Shown here piece by piece: positions 18,633-30,177 of a DNA stretch of 64,000 nucleotides. Every line of letters starts with the position of its first letter. Position 1 is the first letter of the stretch. Under the pieces are notes generated by a model that saw only the letters and a program-made list of their open reading frames with translations, was not told where the DNA came from and ran no database searches. Origin of the DNA: an uncultured Candidatus Saccharibacteria bacterium (GTDB lineage: Bacteria; Patescibacteriota; UBA1384; XYA2-FULL-43-10; 1-14-0-10-43-13); contig CAYOQP010000001.1 in NCBI GenBank assembly GCA_964406145.1, forward strand, positions 7,706 to 71,705. The letters run 5' to 3'. The translations under genes were made by a program, and so were the position numbers.

Positions 18633-19501
18633 TGACGCTAATCTCAACCTATAAAAAAGCAGTCCTTGTACTAAAAAAATCTGGCGACCAGACAGCTGAG
18701 TTGGACGCTAGTATACTCTTGGAATATATAACAAAAAAAAATCGTGGTAATATCTTGAGTCATCCAGAAGAACCACTAACTAATAGCCAGAATGCAAAAT
18801 TCGCCAATCTTATAAAAAAAAGAATAAATGGCATGCCAATCGCCTATATTCTCGGTCATAAGGAATTTTTTGGTTACGATTTTTACGTTAATAAAAACAC
18901 CCTAATCCCCCGCCCCGAAACAGAGAAACTAGTGGAACTCGTATTAAACAGAATTGACAAGGAAAATATTAGAATCTTAGATATGGGCACTGGCTCTGGT
19001 TGCATTATAATCTCACTAGCAAAAGAGTTGGAGAAAAAAGGAATAAACTGTAACCTCCAAGCTTGTGACATCTCGTCAAAAGCTCTTTATGTTGCCAAAA
19101 AAAATGCCCAAAGACATCAAGTTACAGAAAATATTCGTTTTTTCATTTCAGATCTTTTTGATAATCGCAGACTTCATAATAAGTATGATATTATCGTTGC
19201 CAACCTACCATATGTTCCAACAACGAACAGAAAAAATAAGCCGACTATCAAAGACAGTAGCATCCACTTTGAACCACAAAGTGCAATCTTTGTCGATGGT
19301 GATGGTAGCAACATAATCACAAGATTCCTAGAGCAGTCCAAGAACAGATTGAGCAAAAATGGAGCTATTTTTCTCGAACTAGACGAGAGAAATTCGATGA
19401 AAATAAAAGAAATTGCCAAGAAATATTTTTCCGAAAAAAAAATAGAATTACTAAATGATTTATCTGGAAAACTGCGCTATCTTACAATCGAAAAAAGCTA
19501 G
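18632..19501 (+). CDS. prmC: Release factor glutamine methyltransferase
   Basis: LIPRPETE, LDMGTGSGCI, NLPY; overlaps the prfA stop. Confidence 0.95.
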   Translation: MTLISTYKKAVLVLKKSGDQTAELDASILLEYITKKNRGNILSHPEEPLTNSQNAKFANLIKKRINGMPIAYILGHKEFFGYDFYVNKNTLIPRPETEKLVELVLNRIDKENIRILDMGTGSGCIIISLAKELEKKGINCNLQACDISSKALYVAKKNAQRHQVTENIRFFISDLFDNRRLHNKYDIIVANLPYVPTTNRKNKPTIKDSSIHFEPQSAIFVDGDGSNIITRFLEQSKNRLSKNGAIFLELDERNSMKIKEIAKKYFSEKKIELLNDLSGKLRYLTIEKS

Positions 19502-19509
19502 ACCTGATC

Positions 19510-19549
19510 ATAAATAAAAGACCCCGATTAATCGGGGTCTTTTATTTAT
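19510..19549. terminator. Bidirectional terminator; 40-bp perfect palindrome
   Basis: ATAAATAAAAGACCCCGATT|AATCGGGGTCTTTTATTTAT between convergent prmC and htrA. Confidence 0.85.
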
Positions 19550-19567
19550 ACATTCAGTATCTTCTAA

Positions 19568-20782
19568 TTAACTTTTGCTCTCCTCTAAAGTGATCTTGAC
19601 TTCCTTTTCCTTACCCTTGGAAAGAACTTTCAAGGTTATTTGTTCGCCAACTTGATGTTCCTGAACGAGCGATAATAGAGAATGATCCTGATCTATTTTT
19701 TCACCATCGATCTCTAGAATAATGTCATTCTCGACAATTCCGGCCTTATCAGCAGGAGATCCGGGCACAACGGCAAAATCCATTAAGCTATTGCCCCTCT
19801 GAACCAAAGCTCCATGATCGACAGAGAGATTGTTTTCTTTGGCAACAGACGGCGTTATTTCAAAGTACCTCACGCCTAAATATGGTCGAACTATTTTACC
19901 AGTTTTCTTAATGCTTTCGATCGCAGATTTAGCCGCATTAATCGGAATGGCAAACCCTATGCCCTGAGCGTTGCTAGCTACAGCCGTATTGATGCCGATA
20001 ACCTGACCAGCCAAATTGACCAGCGGACCGCCAGAATTACCTGAATTTATAGCCGTATCTGTCTGTAATAATCCGCTCAGACTCTCTGAACTACCGCCAC
20101 TAGCATCAGATGCTTCGATCTTTCTGTCTTTGGCTGAAATAACACCAGCCGTAACGGTATTTGAAAATTGTCCTAGGGCATTACCAATTGCAACAACCCA
20201 CTGGCCGATACTCAATTGATCGGAATCACCAAGTTCAACAACGGGAAGATTTCTAGCCTCAACTTTAATCACGGCCAGATCATTGACCGGATCAAGCGAT
20301 TTTACAGTAGCATCGTAGGTTGTACCGTCTAGCATGACAACGGTATAAGTCGCACTAGCATCACTAACAACGTGCTTATTTGTTAAAATTAATCCATCGC
20401 TTGTGATAACAAAACCGGTACCAGCACCTTCTGACTGATAAACCTGACCGAAAATATTCTGAACCGTTTTCTTTAGTTTAATAGAAACAACCGAGCTAGA
20501 AACTTTATTAACGGTGTCGATAATTGCGCTCGATTCCTGAACCACAACTTTTTGAGTCGAAACAGTCGGAATTGCTAAATCTTTAAAGTTGGGAATACCG
20601 AACTTTTTGGCAATATCACCATTTTTAGCTGAGAAAAGCAAAACTCCTCCGACTCCGCCAACTGCTCCGGCTACAAAAATAGCAATAATTAGAAAAAATA
20701 CTAAGACTGACTTTAAAAACTTATTTTTATTACCCTTAGATTCCTCCCGAAAATAAGGATCTTCATACTCAATTTTCGACAT
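19568..20782 (-). CDS. htrA: HtrA/DegP-family serine protease (TM, trypsin domain, PDZ)
   Basis: TNKHV, DLAVIK, INSGNSGGPL, C-terminal PDZ; ATG at 20782 with GAGG SD. Confidence 0.92.
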   Translation of the reverse strand: MSKIEYEDPYFREESKGNKNKFLKSVLVFFLIIAIFVAGAVGGVGGVLLFSAKNGDIAKKFGIPNFKDLAIPTVSTQKVVVQESSAIIDTVNKVSSSVVSIKLKKTVQNIFGQVYQSEGAGTGFVITSDGLILTNKHVVSDASATYTVVMLDGTTYDATVKSLDPVNDLAVIKVEARNLPVVELGDSDQLSIGQWVVAIGNALGQFSNTVTAGVISAKDRKIEASDASGGSSESLSGLLQTDTAINSGNSGGPLVNLAGQVIGINTAVASNAQGIGFAIPINAAKSAIESIKKTGKIVRPYLGVRYFEITPSVAKENNLSVDHGALVQRGNSLMDFAVVPGSPADKAGIVENDIILEIDGEKIDQDHSLLSLVQEHQVGEQITLKVLSKGKEKEVKITLEESKS

Positions 20783-20801
20783 ATTTCCTCTTATTTTTTG
20801 T

Positions 20802-21038
20802 TTAGTCCATCTTCTTTGAGACGGTATCTGCAACTTCTTTTATTTTTTCTTTCGTGGCTTCCGTGCCTTTTTCAACCATTTCCTTGCCTTTTTCAACATA
20901 ATCCTTGGCTTTGTCGCCAATAATTTTTCTTGTTTCCTTGCCACTCTTTGGTGCAAACAAGATGCCCGCGACTGCTCCAGCTATAGCACCAATGGCCGCA
21001 CCTAAAATGAACTTTCCCTTACCACCGTTATTACTCAT
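20802..21038 (-). CDS. YtxH-domain protein
   Basis: GAAIGAIAGAVAGILFAPKSGKETR. Confidence 0.85.
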   Translation of the reverse strand: MSNNGGKGKFILGAAIGAIAGAVAGILFAPKSGKETRKIIGDKAKDYVEKGKEMVEKGTEATKEKIKEVADTVSKKMD

Positions 21039-21313
21039 TTTTCTCCTTTTTTATAACTTTCAATTTTTTCTCGAATTGATTTGATAAACTCAAGCGAATA
21101 AACAAAACCCTTGAGAGCGTCCAGTCCCTCAGTTATGGTTTTTTCGAATTTACTGATTCCAGCATCAACATCCTGAACTCTTTTTTTAACAATCACTGTA
21201 GTTTCTTTGACATCAGAAAGGATTCCGAAGACTCGCCAAAAAATAGCAATCAAAAAACCAATTGCAATGATGGAGATTCCGATCAATAACTGAATTAATA
21301 ATTCTGTAGACAT
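21035..21313 (-). CDS. Small membrane-anchored coiled-coil protein (YtxG/DUF948-like by context)
   Basis: N-terminal TM, helical body, overlaps ytxH, AAGGAGGTG SD. Confidence 0.6.
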   Translation of the reverse strand: MSTELLIQLLIGISIIAIGFLIAIFWRVFGILSDVKETTVIVKKRVQDVDAGISKFEKTITEGLDALKGFVYSLEFIKSIREKIESYKKGEK

Positions 21314-21380
21314 TCACCTCCTTATTTTATCTGACAAGTTATATTATAGTTCTAGCTACAACTATTAGCAACGGAGAAGC

Positions 21381-21638
21381 TTATTTCTTGCCGTTATCTT
21401 CTTCGTCCTGAAGCATTTTACCCAATAGATATGTAACACCAACAGCGATAACCGTTACAACAAATGCATAAGTAACCTTGGAGGAAATGCCAGTACCATT
21501 TTCTGGCACAAGTCGAGCAATAATACTTTGGATTGCTTCATTCCAAGCAAGAGCAGCAACTAGACCAAAAGCGGCCGTTGCCAACTGAATCATTGTTTTT
21601 AGAAATTCTTTTTTAAGTCTACTGCCTTCTTTTTTCAT
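21381..21638 (-). CDS. Small two-TM protein, DUF5654-like
   Basis: TAAFGLVAALAWNEAI motif. Confidence 0.75.
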   Translation of the reverse strand: MKKEGSRLKKEFLKTMIQLATAAFGLVAALAWNEAIQSIIARLVPENGTGISSKVTYAFVVTVIAVGVTYLLGKMLQDEEDNGKK

Positions 21639-23026
21639 AATTTTCCTTTCAATATTTTGGTGATTTCTTGCGGATTTACTTTACCCTTTGTTTCTTTCAT
21701 GATTTGACCCATGAAAAAACCAAGAAGCTGTGTTTCTCCGGCACGATAACGCTCAACTTCTTTGGGATTTGATCGCAATATCTTATCTATAGCTTCAACA
21801 AGCGATTCGCTAGATTCGACAGAACCAATGTCCATCCTAGCTTCGTCAAAACTCTTGCCATCGTGAATACTTTTAACAAGTAACCCGAATAAAGACTTTG
21901 GCATTTTTTCGTTTTCAGCTAGAGAGATTGCTTTGGCATATTCACCAGTTCTTGACCAATCATTTTCTGAAAAATCAAATGGGAAGTAATTATTTACAAT
22001 TGCTTTACCCAGAAAATTGTAGTGTTTTTTATCGACATCGATCACCAGCTTTTGCAAAATTGCATCCTTTGCATGATTGCTAACAAAAACCCTTGCGTCA
22101 GTTTCTGAAATACCAAGACATACTAATTCGTCAAATTTTTCTTCTGCCGTTTTACTAACTTCAGATTTTAATTTTTCGTGATCAAACTTAGTTGTATCAA
22201 ATGGCGGTAAATCTGGCTCTGGAAAATAACGATAATCAGCCGCCTCTTCCTTGGTGCGCTGAGGATATGTTGTATTGTTTTCAGAATTATAACCGCGAGT
22301 CACCTTTTTTAGCTTATCTGGCCAAGCTGGATATTCTTCTTTGAGCCTAGTCTCCTCAATGGTCAGGGCTTTTTCAAGAAATCTGAATGAATTAATATTT
22401 TTAAGTTCAACGATTTCTGACATTTTGTCTCCATCATTGACCGAGATGTTGCCATCACAACGCATGTGACCTTTTTCCATGTCAGCATCAGATACTTCAA
22501 CCACATCGCGGACAATTTTTTGCAATTTTCGCAAAAAATCTCCAGCCTGTTTGGGAGAGGTGATATCCGGCTCAGTCACTATCTCCATAAGTGGAGTCCC
22601 GGCTCTATTTAGATCAACTAAGCTTTTATCTCCCTTATGCGTTAATTTGCCGGCATCTTCTTCGAGATGAATTCTAGTTAAATTTATTTTCTGACCATCA
22701 ACTTCAACATAGCCACCAAGACAAAAAGGCTCATCATACTGAGAAATCTGATAACCCTTAGGAAGATCTGGATAGAAATAATGTTTACGATCAAACTTTG
22801 CAATCTTGGGTATGTCACAGTTGAGTGCTAAGCCAGTCTTAATTGTCCATTCAATTGCCTGATGATTGGCAATAGGCAAACTACCAGGAAAACCTAGACA
22901 AACCGGACAAACGACAGAATTCGGCGCCTTGCCTTGTGCATCATTATCACAAGAACAAAACATCTTGCTCTTAGTCTTAAGCTGAACGTGTATCTCTAAA
23001 CCAATTTTTGTATGCAATTCTGTCAT
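21635..23026 (-). CDS. gatB: Asp/Glu-tRNA amidotransferase subunit B
   Basis: IGLEIHVQL, YFYPDLPKGYQISQ, HLEEDAGK, DYRYFPEPDL. Confidence 0.97.
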   Translation of the reverse strand: MTELHTKIGLEIHVQLKTKSKMFCSCDNDAQGKAPNSVVCPVCLGFPGSLPIANHQAIEWTIKTGLALNCDIPKIAKFDRKHYFYPDLPKGYQISQYDEPFCLGGYVEVDGQKINLTRIHLEEDAGKLTHKGDKSLVDLNRAGTPLMEIVTEPDITSPKQAGDFLRKLQKIVRDVVEVSDADMEKGHMRCDGNISVNDGDKMSEIVELKNINSFRFLEKALTIEETRLKEEYPAWPDKLKKVTRGYNSENNTTYPQRTKEEAADYRYFPEPDLPPFDTTKFDHEKLKSEVSKTAEEKFDELVCLGISETDARVFVSNHAKDAILQKLVIDVDKKHYNFLGKAIVNNYFPFDFSENDWSRTGEYAKAISLAENEKMPKSLFGLLVKSIHDGKSFDEARMDIGSVESSESLVEAIDKILRSNPKEVERYRAGETQLLGFFMGQIMKETKGKVNPQEITKILKGKL

Positions 23027-23034
23027 ATTTTTTA

Positions 23035-23496
23035 TTACTCATTATCTTCTTCAAATATTGTGCCTAAAGTTTGTTGATCCCAGCGAATTTCTCCGTCAAT
23101 ACCATTTTTATAATGAAGTCTCTTATATAACGCTTCCATTTTCGGTAAGTAATCTCTCAGGAAAATAAGATCGGCCATTCTTCTTTCACTCCTATTATTT
23201 ATATCTCTATAGGCGTATCCATCCTCGGCTTTCAATCCAACTTCCACCATAGCTTCTCGCAGATCCAATGAAAGATCTTTCCACTTTTGAGCCATAACAC
23301 GGAATTCCTTGCTTTGTTCATCATCGCCTTCAAGCATATCTGGATCAGATTCTATCATTCTCATACCATAATGTTGATTTTCGAGCACTGAAGCCTTTAA
23401 ATTATTAAACGGCCTAAGACTGACCAATAGATTCTGAACTTCTGCCGCGATTTCCTCTTCACTCAATTGTTCGCCCGCATCTTCGGTCTCGCTCAT
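23035..23496 (-). CDS. Hypothetical acidic protein
   Basis: 153-aa ORF fitting the operon, with a 4-bp overlap. Confidence 0.6.
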   Translation of the reverse strand: MSETEDAGEQLSEEEIAAEVQNLLVSLRPFNNLKASVLENQHYGMRMIESDPDMLEGDDEQSKEFRVMAQKWKDLSLDLREAMVEVGLKAEDGYAYRDINNRSERRMADLIFLRDYLPKMEALYKRLHYKNGIDGEIRWDQQTLGTIFEEDNE

Positions 23497-23948
23497 AATG
23501 TTTTGGTGTAGCTTAATAGTTTTGTTGCTGCTGACTTAAGATCAGAATTCGATATCGCAATACCCTGCTCATGGGCAATCTGATTTCTAATCTTGTGACC
23601 CTGCCATATCTCATTATTAAGACTTTGGCTGAGATTTACCTGAGCTTTTTTCAATCTCTCCGCAAATGTCTGACCAGCATAACCCTGAATTTTCATCGTG
23701 TGATCGACTAGTTTATCAGCCTCGATAACTGCATTTTTAAGTTCAATCTGATTCTCGGTCGACAAGCTCTTTTCAATTTCTAGACGTCTTGAAGAGATAT
23801 AGTTTTTCTCCTCTATCGATAGATTATTATTTATTTTCCCAAATTTGAAACCCTTAAATGGTAAAGAAATGAGCCACCAAAGCATTCTACCAATGCCGAT
23901 AATTATTGTCTGGAAAATATCATTATCATATTTTTGTTTTTTGCTCAT
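23493..23948 (-). CDS. Membrane-anchored hypothetical protein with a HEPN-like RxxxxH motif
   Basis: N-terminal hydrophobic stretch; AVIEADKLVD...FAERLK...HKIRNQIAHE. Confidence 0.65.
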   Translation of the reverse strand: MSKKQKYDNDIFQTIIIGIGRMLWWLISLPFKGFKFGKINNNLSIEEKNYISSRRLEIEKSLSTENQIELKNAVIEADKLVDHTMKIQGYAGQTFAERLKKAQVNLSQSLNNEIWQGHKIRNQIAHEQGIAISNSDLKSAATKLLSYTKTL

Positions 23949-23949
23949 A

Positions 23950-24693
23950 TTACTTTAACTCAACAGAGGTGATATTAACTGGATCTATTGGTTTGTCGCT
24001 TTCATCAACAGGAACTTCAGAAATTGCCACAGCTACATCGAGCCCCTTAATAACATGGCCAAAAACCGTGTGCTGTCCATCCAAATGCGGCTGAGCCTGC
24101 TCTGTCACAATGAAAAACTGGCTACCATTAGTGTTTGGGCCAGAATTAGCCATAGCCAGAGACCCAACATCCATTTTGTGAGAGGTCAGCTTGTAATTAT
24201 ATTTATAGCCCTGATCTTCAAGCTTTTTTATCTGATCGTCACTAAGGCCAAGACTTTTAGGATTGATTTCATCATCAAAAGTGTCACCAAATGAACTTTC
24301 ACCACCGGTGCCATCACCCTTTGGATCGCCCCCCTGAATCATAAAGCCCTTAATAACTCTGTGCCAGGCAAGATTATCGTAATAACCTTTTTCGGAAAGA
24401 GCCTTAAAATTCTCAACTGTCTTGGGCGCACTTTCTGGATAAAAAGCAATTTCAATGTCACCTTTAGAGGTATGAATGATGGCCATATTTCCTTCTGTTG
24501 TTATTAATGAATCTTTTTTTACAAACGGAAAGGCAATGAGAGCAACAAGACAGAGAGTATAAATCCAAAAATCTAATCTTCGCCAAAAATTCTCCCAAGG
24601 ATTTTTGAGACGCGAAATTTCTCTGAGAATTTCCTTCCGACTCTTCTCGGTCTCTTCTTTTTTTGTTCTCCTGATTTGTGCTTTCTTGCCCAT
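23950..24693 (-). CDS. Cyclophilin-type peptidyl-prolyl isomerase with N-terminal TM anchor
   Basis: APKTVENF, HRVIKGFMIQGGDP, AMANSGPNTNGSQFFI, HLDGQHTVFG. Confidence 0.95.
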   Translation of the reverse strand: MGKKAQIRRTKKEETEKSRKEILREISRLKNPWENFWRRLDFWIYTLCLVALIAFPFVKKDSLITTEGNMAIIHTSKGDIEIAFYPESAPKTVENFKALSEKGYYDNLAWHRVIKGFMIQGGDPKGDGTGGESSFGDTFDDEINPKSLGLSDDQIKKLEDQGYKYNYKLTSHKMDVGSLAMANSGPNTNGSQFFIVTEQAQPHLDGQHTVFGHVIKGLDVAVAISEVPVDESDKPIDPVNITSVELK

Positions 24694-24699
24694 ATTTCT

Positions 24700-25005
24700 T
24701 TAATTTAATCCGATAATAATACCGATCAACCAAAAAACAAAGATGATGCAGATCCAAACAGTTCCCAAAAATGAATAGAGGAACTTTTTTTGATCTGAGC
24801 GAAACAAGTAGTAATTAAATGCATAATTTATACATAAAGCGACTGGCCAAAATACAAAGAAGAAAAGATTTTCAGCAAAAGTTGTTTTAAACCAATCAGA
24901 ATCAAACCCATAAATTACAAAAAGAAAGAAGGCTATCGATTCAAGAAAAGTTAGAAGCAAGCCATTCCCCAAAGCTTTCAAAATTTTGCTAGTATTTTCG
25001 CTCAT
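24700..25005 (-). CDS. Small three-TM hypothetical protein
   Basis: Three hydrophobic segments, GGAG SD. Confidence 0.6.
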   Translation of the reverse strand: MSENTSKILKALGNGLLLTFLESIAFFLFVIYGFDSDWFKTTFAENLFFFVFWPVALCINYAFNYYLFRSDQKKFLYSFLGTVWICIIFVFWLIGIIIGLN

Positions 25006-25074
25006 TAGTCTCCGTTTTATTTCAATATTAATTATAAATCAACATCATCTTGTTATTATTCTTTTATGGATTAG

Positions 25075-25353
25075 TTACCAATGCAAGAGAAGAGCCATCA
25101 TATTGATTACGATTATGATTAATAAAAGTATGTTTGCTGCAAGTATATGAGTCCATTTGCGCAAATCTTCTTTATGATTTTTTAAAGCTATCAAGGAGTT
25201 TACAGTAAAGATTACAATAAAAATAAAAATGGCAAATATTACGCCTTTAGCATTATCGTCAGAAAAAAGAAGAGAGAAAGGCGCCAAAAAACCCCATACC
25301 AAAATAGAGGTAACCGCTCCGATAACAAATGTTTTTGTATATTCTCTACTCAT
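25075..25353 (-). CDS. Small three-TM hypothetical protein
   Basis: ATG at 25353 with GGAG SD; three hydrophobic segments. Confidence 0.6.
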   Translation of the reverse strand: MSREYTKTFVIGAVTSILVWGFLAPFSLLFSDDNAKGVIFAIFIFIVIFTVNSLIALKNHKEDLRKWTHILAANILLLIIIVINMMALLLHW

Positions 25354-25387
25354 TATTCTCCGTTCTATTAAAAGAATATTTAACAAA

Positions 25388-26896
25388 TTAATTGATTTCT
25401 GGCTTTTTCAAATGCCAATCTGTCACTTGCTGATATGCATAGCCGGCGTTTAATATCGCCTGCTCGCCCCACATCGATCCGATCAATTGTAGCCCTACTG
25501 GCAAATCTTTGCCCTCTTTTTTGATAAATCCAGCCGGAATACTGATTGCCGGCAAACCAGCGGGGTTAACCGGAACTGTCAGAATATCCGATAGATACAT
25601 TGCCAATGGATCATCTGTTTTTTCGCCAAATTTGAAAGCAGGAACAGGGGAGACCGGAGTTACCAAAAGGTCAACCTGCTTAAATATTTGCTCGAATTCT
25701 TTTTTAATTAAAGTTCTGACCTTCTGGGCCTTCTTGTAGTAAGCATCATAATATCCAGCCGAGAGAACATAACTGCCAAGCATTATTCTCCGCTTGGCCT
25801 CCGACCCAAATCCTTGAGCACGTGACTTAGAATAAACTTGCTCAAGACCTCTAGGATTAGAATCCTTATCTTTAAGTATACTATTGCCATAATGAATTCC
25901 ATCGTAACGAGCCAAATTGGAGCTGACTTCAGCCGGCATCAGAATATAGTATACTGCCAAAGCGTAATGGACCGACGGCAAAGAAACTTCGACTATTTCC
26001 GCCCCGTGTTCCCTATAAACATCAATTGAATTCCGAATAATTTTTTCAACCATTGGGTCCAGACCTTCAGCAAAAAACTCTTTCGGAACACCAATCTTAA
26101 GACCAGATAAATTATTTTTTAGATTCTTACCATAATCGGGGACTTCTTTTTCTGAGCTAGTAGCGTCATTATCATCGTGACCAGAGATATATTTAAGAAG
26201 TATGGCTGCGTCTTCGACGCTCTTTGTCATTGGTCCAGCCTGATCGAGAGATGAGGCCATCGCAATCGTGCCATAACGAGAAACTCGGCCATAAGTTGGT
26301 TTCAGCCCAGTAATAGAACAATGGCTAGCTGGCTGACGAATTGATCCACCAGTATCCGTGCCAATAGCAGCAATACAAAGATCTGCCGCTACCGCTGCTG
26401 CTGATCCGCCCGATGATCCACCCGGAATTCTCTCTAGGTCCCAAGGATTTCGTGTCGTTGAATCAAAATCTTTCGCCGTCGCATAAGCCGATGTCTCGGT
26501 TGATGAGCCCATCGCAAACTGATCCAGATTAGTCTTACCGATCAGAACCGCACCAGCTTCCCAGAGTTTGCGCGTGACCGTTGACTCATATTGTGGAATG
26601 AAATCGTCAAGAATTTTTGAAGCCGCTGTTGTCTTAATGCCTTTAGTCAGAAATAAGTCCTTAACAGCTATCGGAATACCATCAATCTCACTTAACAATT
26701 TGCCGCTTTTCCGACGCTCATCTGAAGCCCTAGCCATATCCAAAGCTTTATCTTCACATAAAGTAATATATGCACCGATTTTAGAATCAACTTGTTTTAT
26801 CCGTTCAAAAATACTTTCAGTTAGACCGACTGAAGTAATTTCACCATTTCCAAGCTTTAGAATAGACTCTTTAATTGTAAGATTATTGAGATTCAT
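25388..26896 (-). CDS. gatA: Asp/Glu-tRNA amidotransferase subunit A
   Basis: GKTNLDQFAMGSS, GGSSGGS, GTDTGGSIRQP, SSNLARYDG. Confidence 0.97.
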   Translation of the reverse strand: MNLNNLTIKESILKLGNGEITSVGLTESIFERIKQVDSKIGAYITLCEDKALDMARASDERRKSGKLLSEIDGIPIAVKDLFLTKGIKTTAASKILDDFIPQYESTVTRKLWEAGAVLIGKTNLDQFAMGSSTETSAYATAKDFDSTTRNPWDLERIPGGSSGGSAAAVAADLCIAAIGTDTGGSIRQPASHCSITGLKPTYGRVSRYGTIAMASSLDQAGPMTKSVEDAAILLKYISGHDDNDATSSEKEVPDYGKNLKNNLSGLKIGVPKEFFAEGLDPMVEKIIRNSIDVYREHGAEIVEVSLPSVHYALAVYYILMPAEVSSNLARYDGIHYGNSILKDKDSNPRGLEQVYSKSRAQGFGSEAKRRIMLGSYVLSAGYYDAYYKKAQKVRTLIKKEFEQIFKQVDLLVTPVSPVPAFKFGEKTDDPLAMYLSDILTVPVNPAGLPAISIPAGFIKKEGKDLPVGLQLIGSMWGEQAILNAGYAYQQVTDWHLKKPEIN

Positions 26897-27190
26897 TTAT
26901 TCAAATACTCCCGGCACAACGAAACTGCCATCTCTAAATTCTGGCGCATTCTTGGACATATCATCATGAGATATTTTAGATTCTTCAGCCTCATCAACCC
27001 TATCTACATTCGAAAGACCAGTGATATTGGCCGTTGGCTCAACACCATCGGTATTAACCTCACTAAGTTGGTCGACATAAGAGAGAACCGAAGAAAGCTG
27101 TCCAGCATAAAGATCTTCTTCATCAGCAGAAAGCTCAAGACGAGATAATTTGGCAATGTGTTTTACTTCTTCGATACTTAATTTCGACAT
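26897..27190 (-). CDS. gatC: Asp/Glu-tRNA amidotransferase subunit C
   Basis: VKHIAKLSRL, VNTDGVEP, NAP...FVVP; abuts gatA. Confidence 0.93.
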   Translation of the reverse strand: MSKLSIEEVKHIAKLSRLELSADEEDLYAGQLSSVLSYVDQLSEVNTDGVEPTANITGLSNVDRVDEAEESKISHDDMSKNAPEFRDGSFVVPGVFE

Positions 27191-27259
27191 AAAAAAATGA
27201 GTTAATATTCTAACTCAAATCCTAACATTATCGCTCTCAAAGTTCAACTACGCTCAGGA

Positions 27260-28066
27260 TCAACGGAAATCTTTAGGAACATTAATTATGTCGACCTTTT
27301 TCTCACTTCTACCATGTAGCATTGTAAAAAAGAACATTCTAAGTCCTATCGGGATAAAAAAGAACAGGTATTTAAACAATGCGAAAAGTGTCCACTTCGC
27401 ATACATCGCCTGGGTTTGATGATGTGCCAAGGCCATTCTCAAATCATTAGCACTTTTGCCCTCGAAAAGGGTATAGCCTTTACCAATGGCTTCAACAATG
27501 TGAGCGTCAGACGAACCAGTTTCGGCTTTCAACAACATTGTTCTGTTTATAAATTCTGCGCGGTAATTCTCCTCACCTAAAGTTGGTGTTGCGTTAACAA
27601 CCTCAATGCCATGTAATAGCTTCTTTTCCTGGATCAGAGTCATGAGACCGACGCCATCCATAGTCAGACCATTTGGCTCACGATATCTTAAATGCTCAAA
27701 CGGGTGAGAGGCAATGCCAACACCGCCCTGACGCCTAATTTCTTTTAATGTATTATGGGCGGTCATTCCGCTTCTGATTTTTTCTTTAATAAACAAAGCG
27801 AGAATATGTCCTTGCAAAGTAGAAACTTCTTCACCGATTATGAGATCAAAACGATATTTTTTCTTACTCATAATTTCCATTGCCTCAAGCGCACCGCTAA
27901 TTTCGTCGTGATCAGTAATAGCGATAACATTCAGATCGGTATGCTCTTCAACATAATCAAGAATTTGCTCAACAGAAGGTCGGCCATCAGAATGATTGGA
28001 GTGAATATGGATATCGGCTTTGCCTAAATGAGCAAAATCTTCAATTTTCTTGATGCCTTTTTTCAT
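27260..28066 (-). CDS. PHP-domain metal-dependent phosphoesterase
   Basis: DIHIHSNHSDG, AITDHD, GEEV, SHPF, GSSDAH. Confidence 0.88.
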   Translation of the reverse strand: MKKGIKKIEDFAHLGKADIHIHSNHSDGRPSVEQILDYVEEHTDLNVIAITDHDEISGALEAMEIMSKKKYRFDLIIGEEVSTLQGHILALFIKEKIRSGMTAHNTLKEIRRQGGVGIASHPFEHLRYREPNGLTMDGVGLMTLIQEKKLLHGIEVVNATPTLGEENYRAEFINRTMLLKAETGSSDAHIVEAIGKGYTLFEGKSANDLRMALAHHQTQAMYAKWTLFALFKYLFFFIPIGLRMFFFTMLHGRSEKKVDIINVPKDFR

Positions 28067-30094
<2,028 letters not shown>

Positions 30095-30135
30095 TTACCG
30101 AGAACAACATGCCAATTCAATAGAAGGGAATCTCG

Positions 30136-30162
30136 AAAAAAGCCCCGACATAAAGTCGGGGC
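30136..30162 (-). terminator. Intrinsic terminator
   Basis: GCCCCGAC-N5-GTCGGGGC followed by a T-run on the minus strand. Confidence 0.75.
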
Positions 30163-30177
30163 AAGAGATGTTAGTGC

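Noticed and set aside
26455-26495. Short in-frame insertion in GatA (AYATAKDFDS) as a possible coding REP insertion
   Set aside because: No clear palindrome at DNA level and no second copy; likely a variable loop
27243-27261. GATCCTGAGCGTAGTTGAA (minus strand), resembling a REP-like CTGAGC..GTCGAA motif
   Set aside because: Single degenerate copy in the window; cannot be supported as a repeat without the rest of the genome
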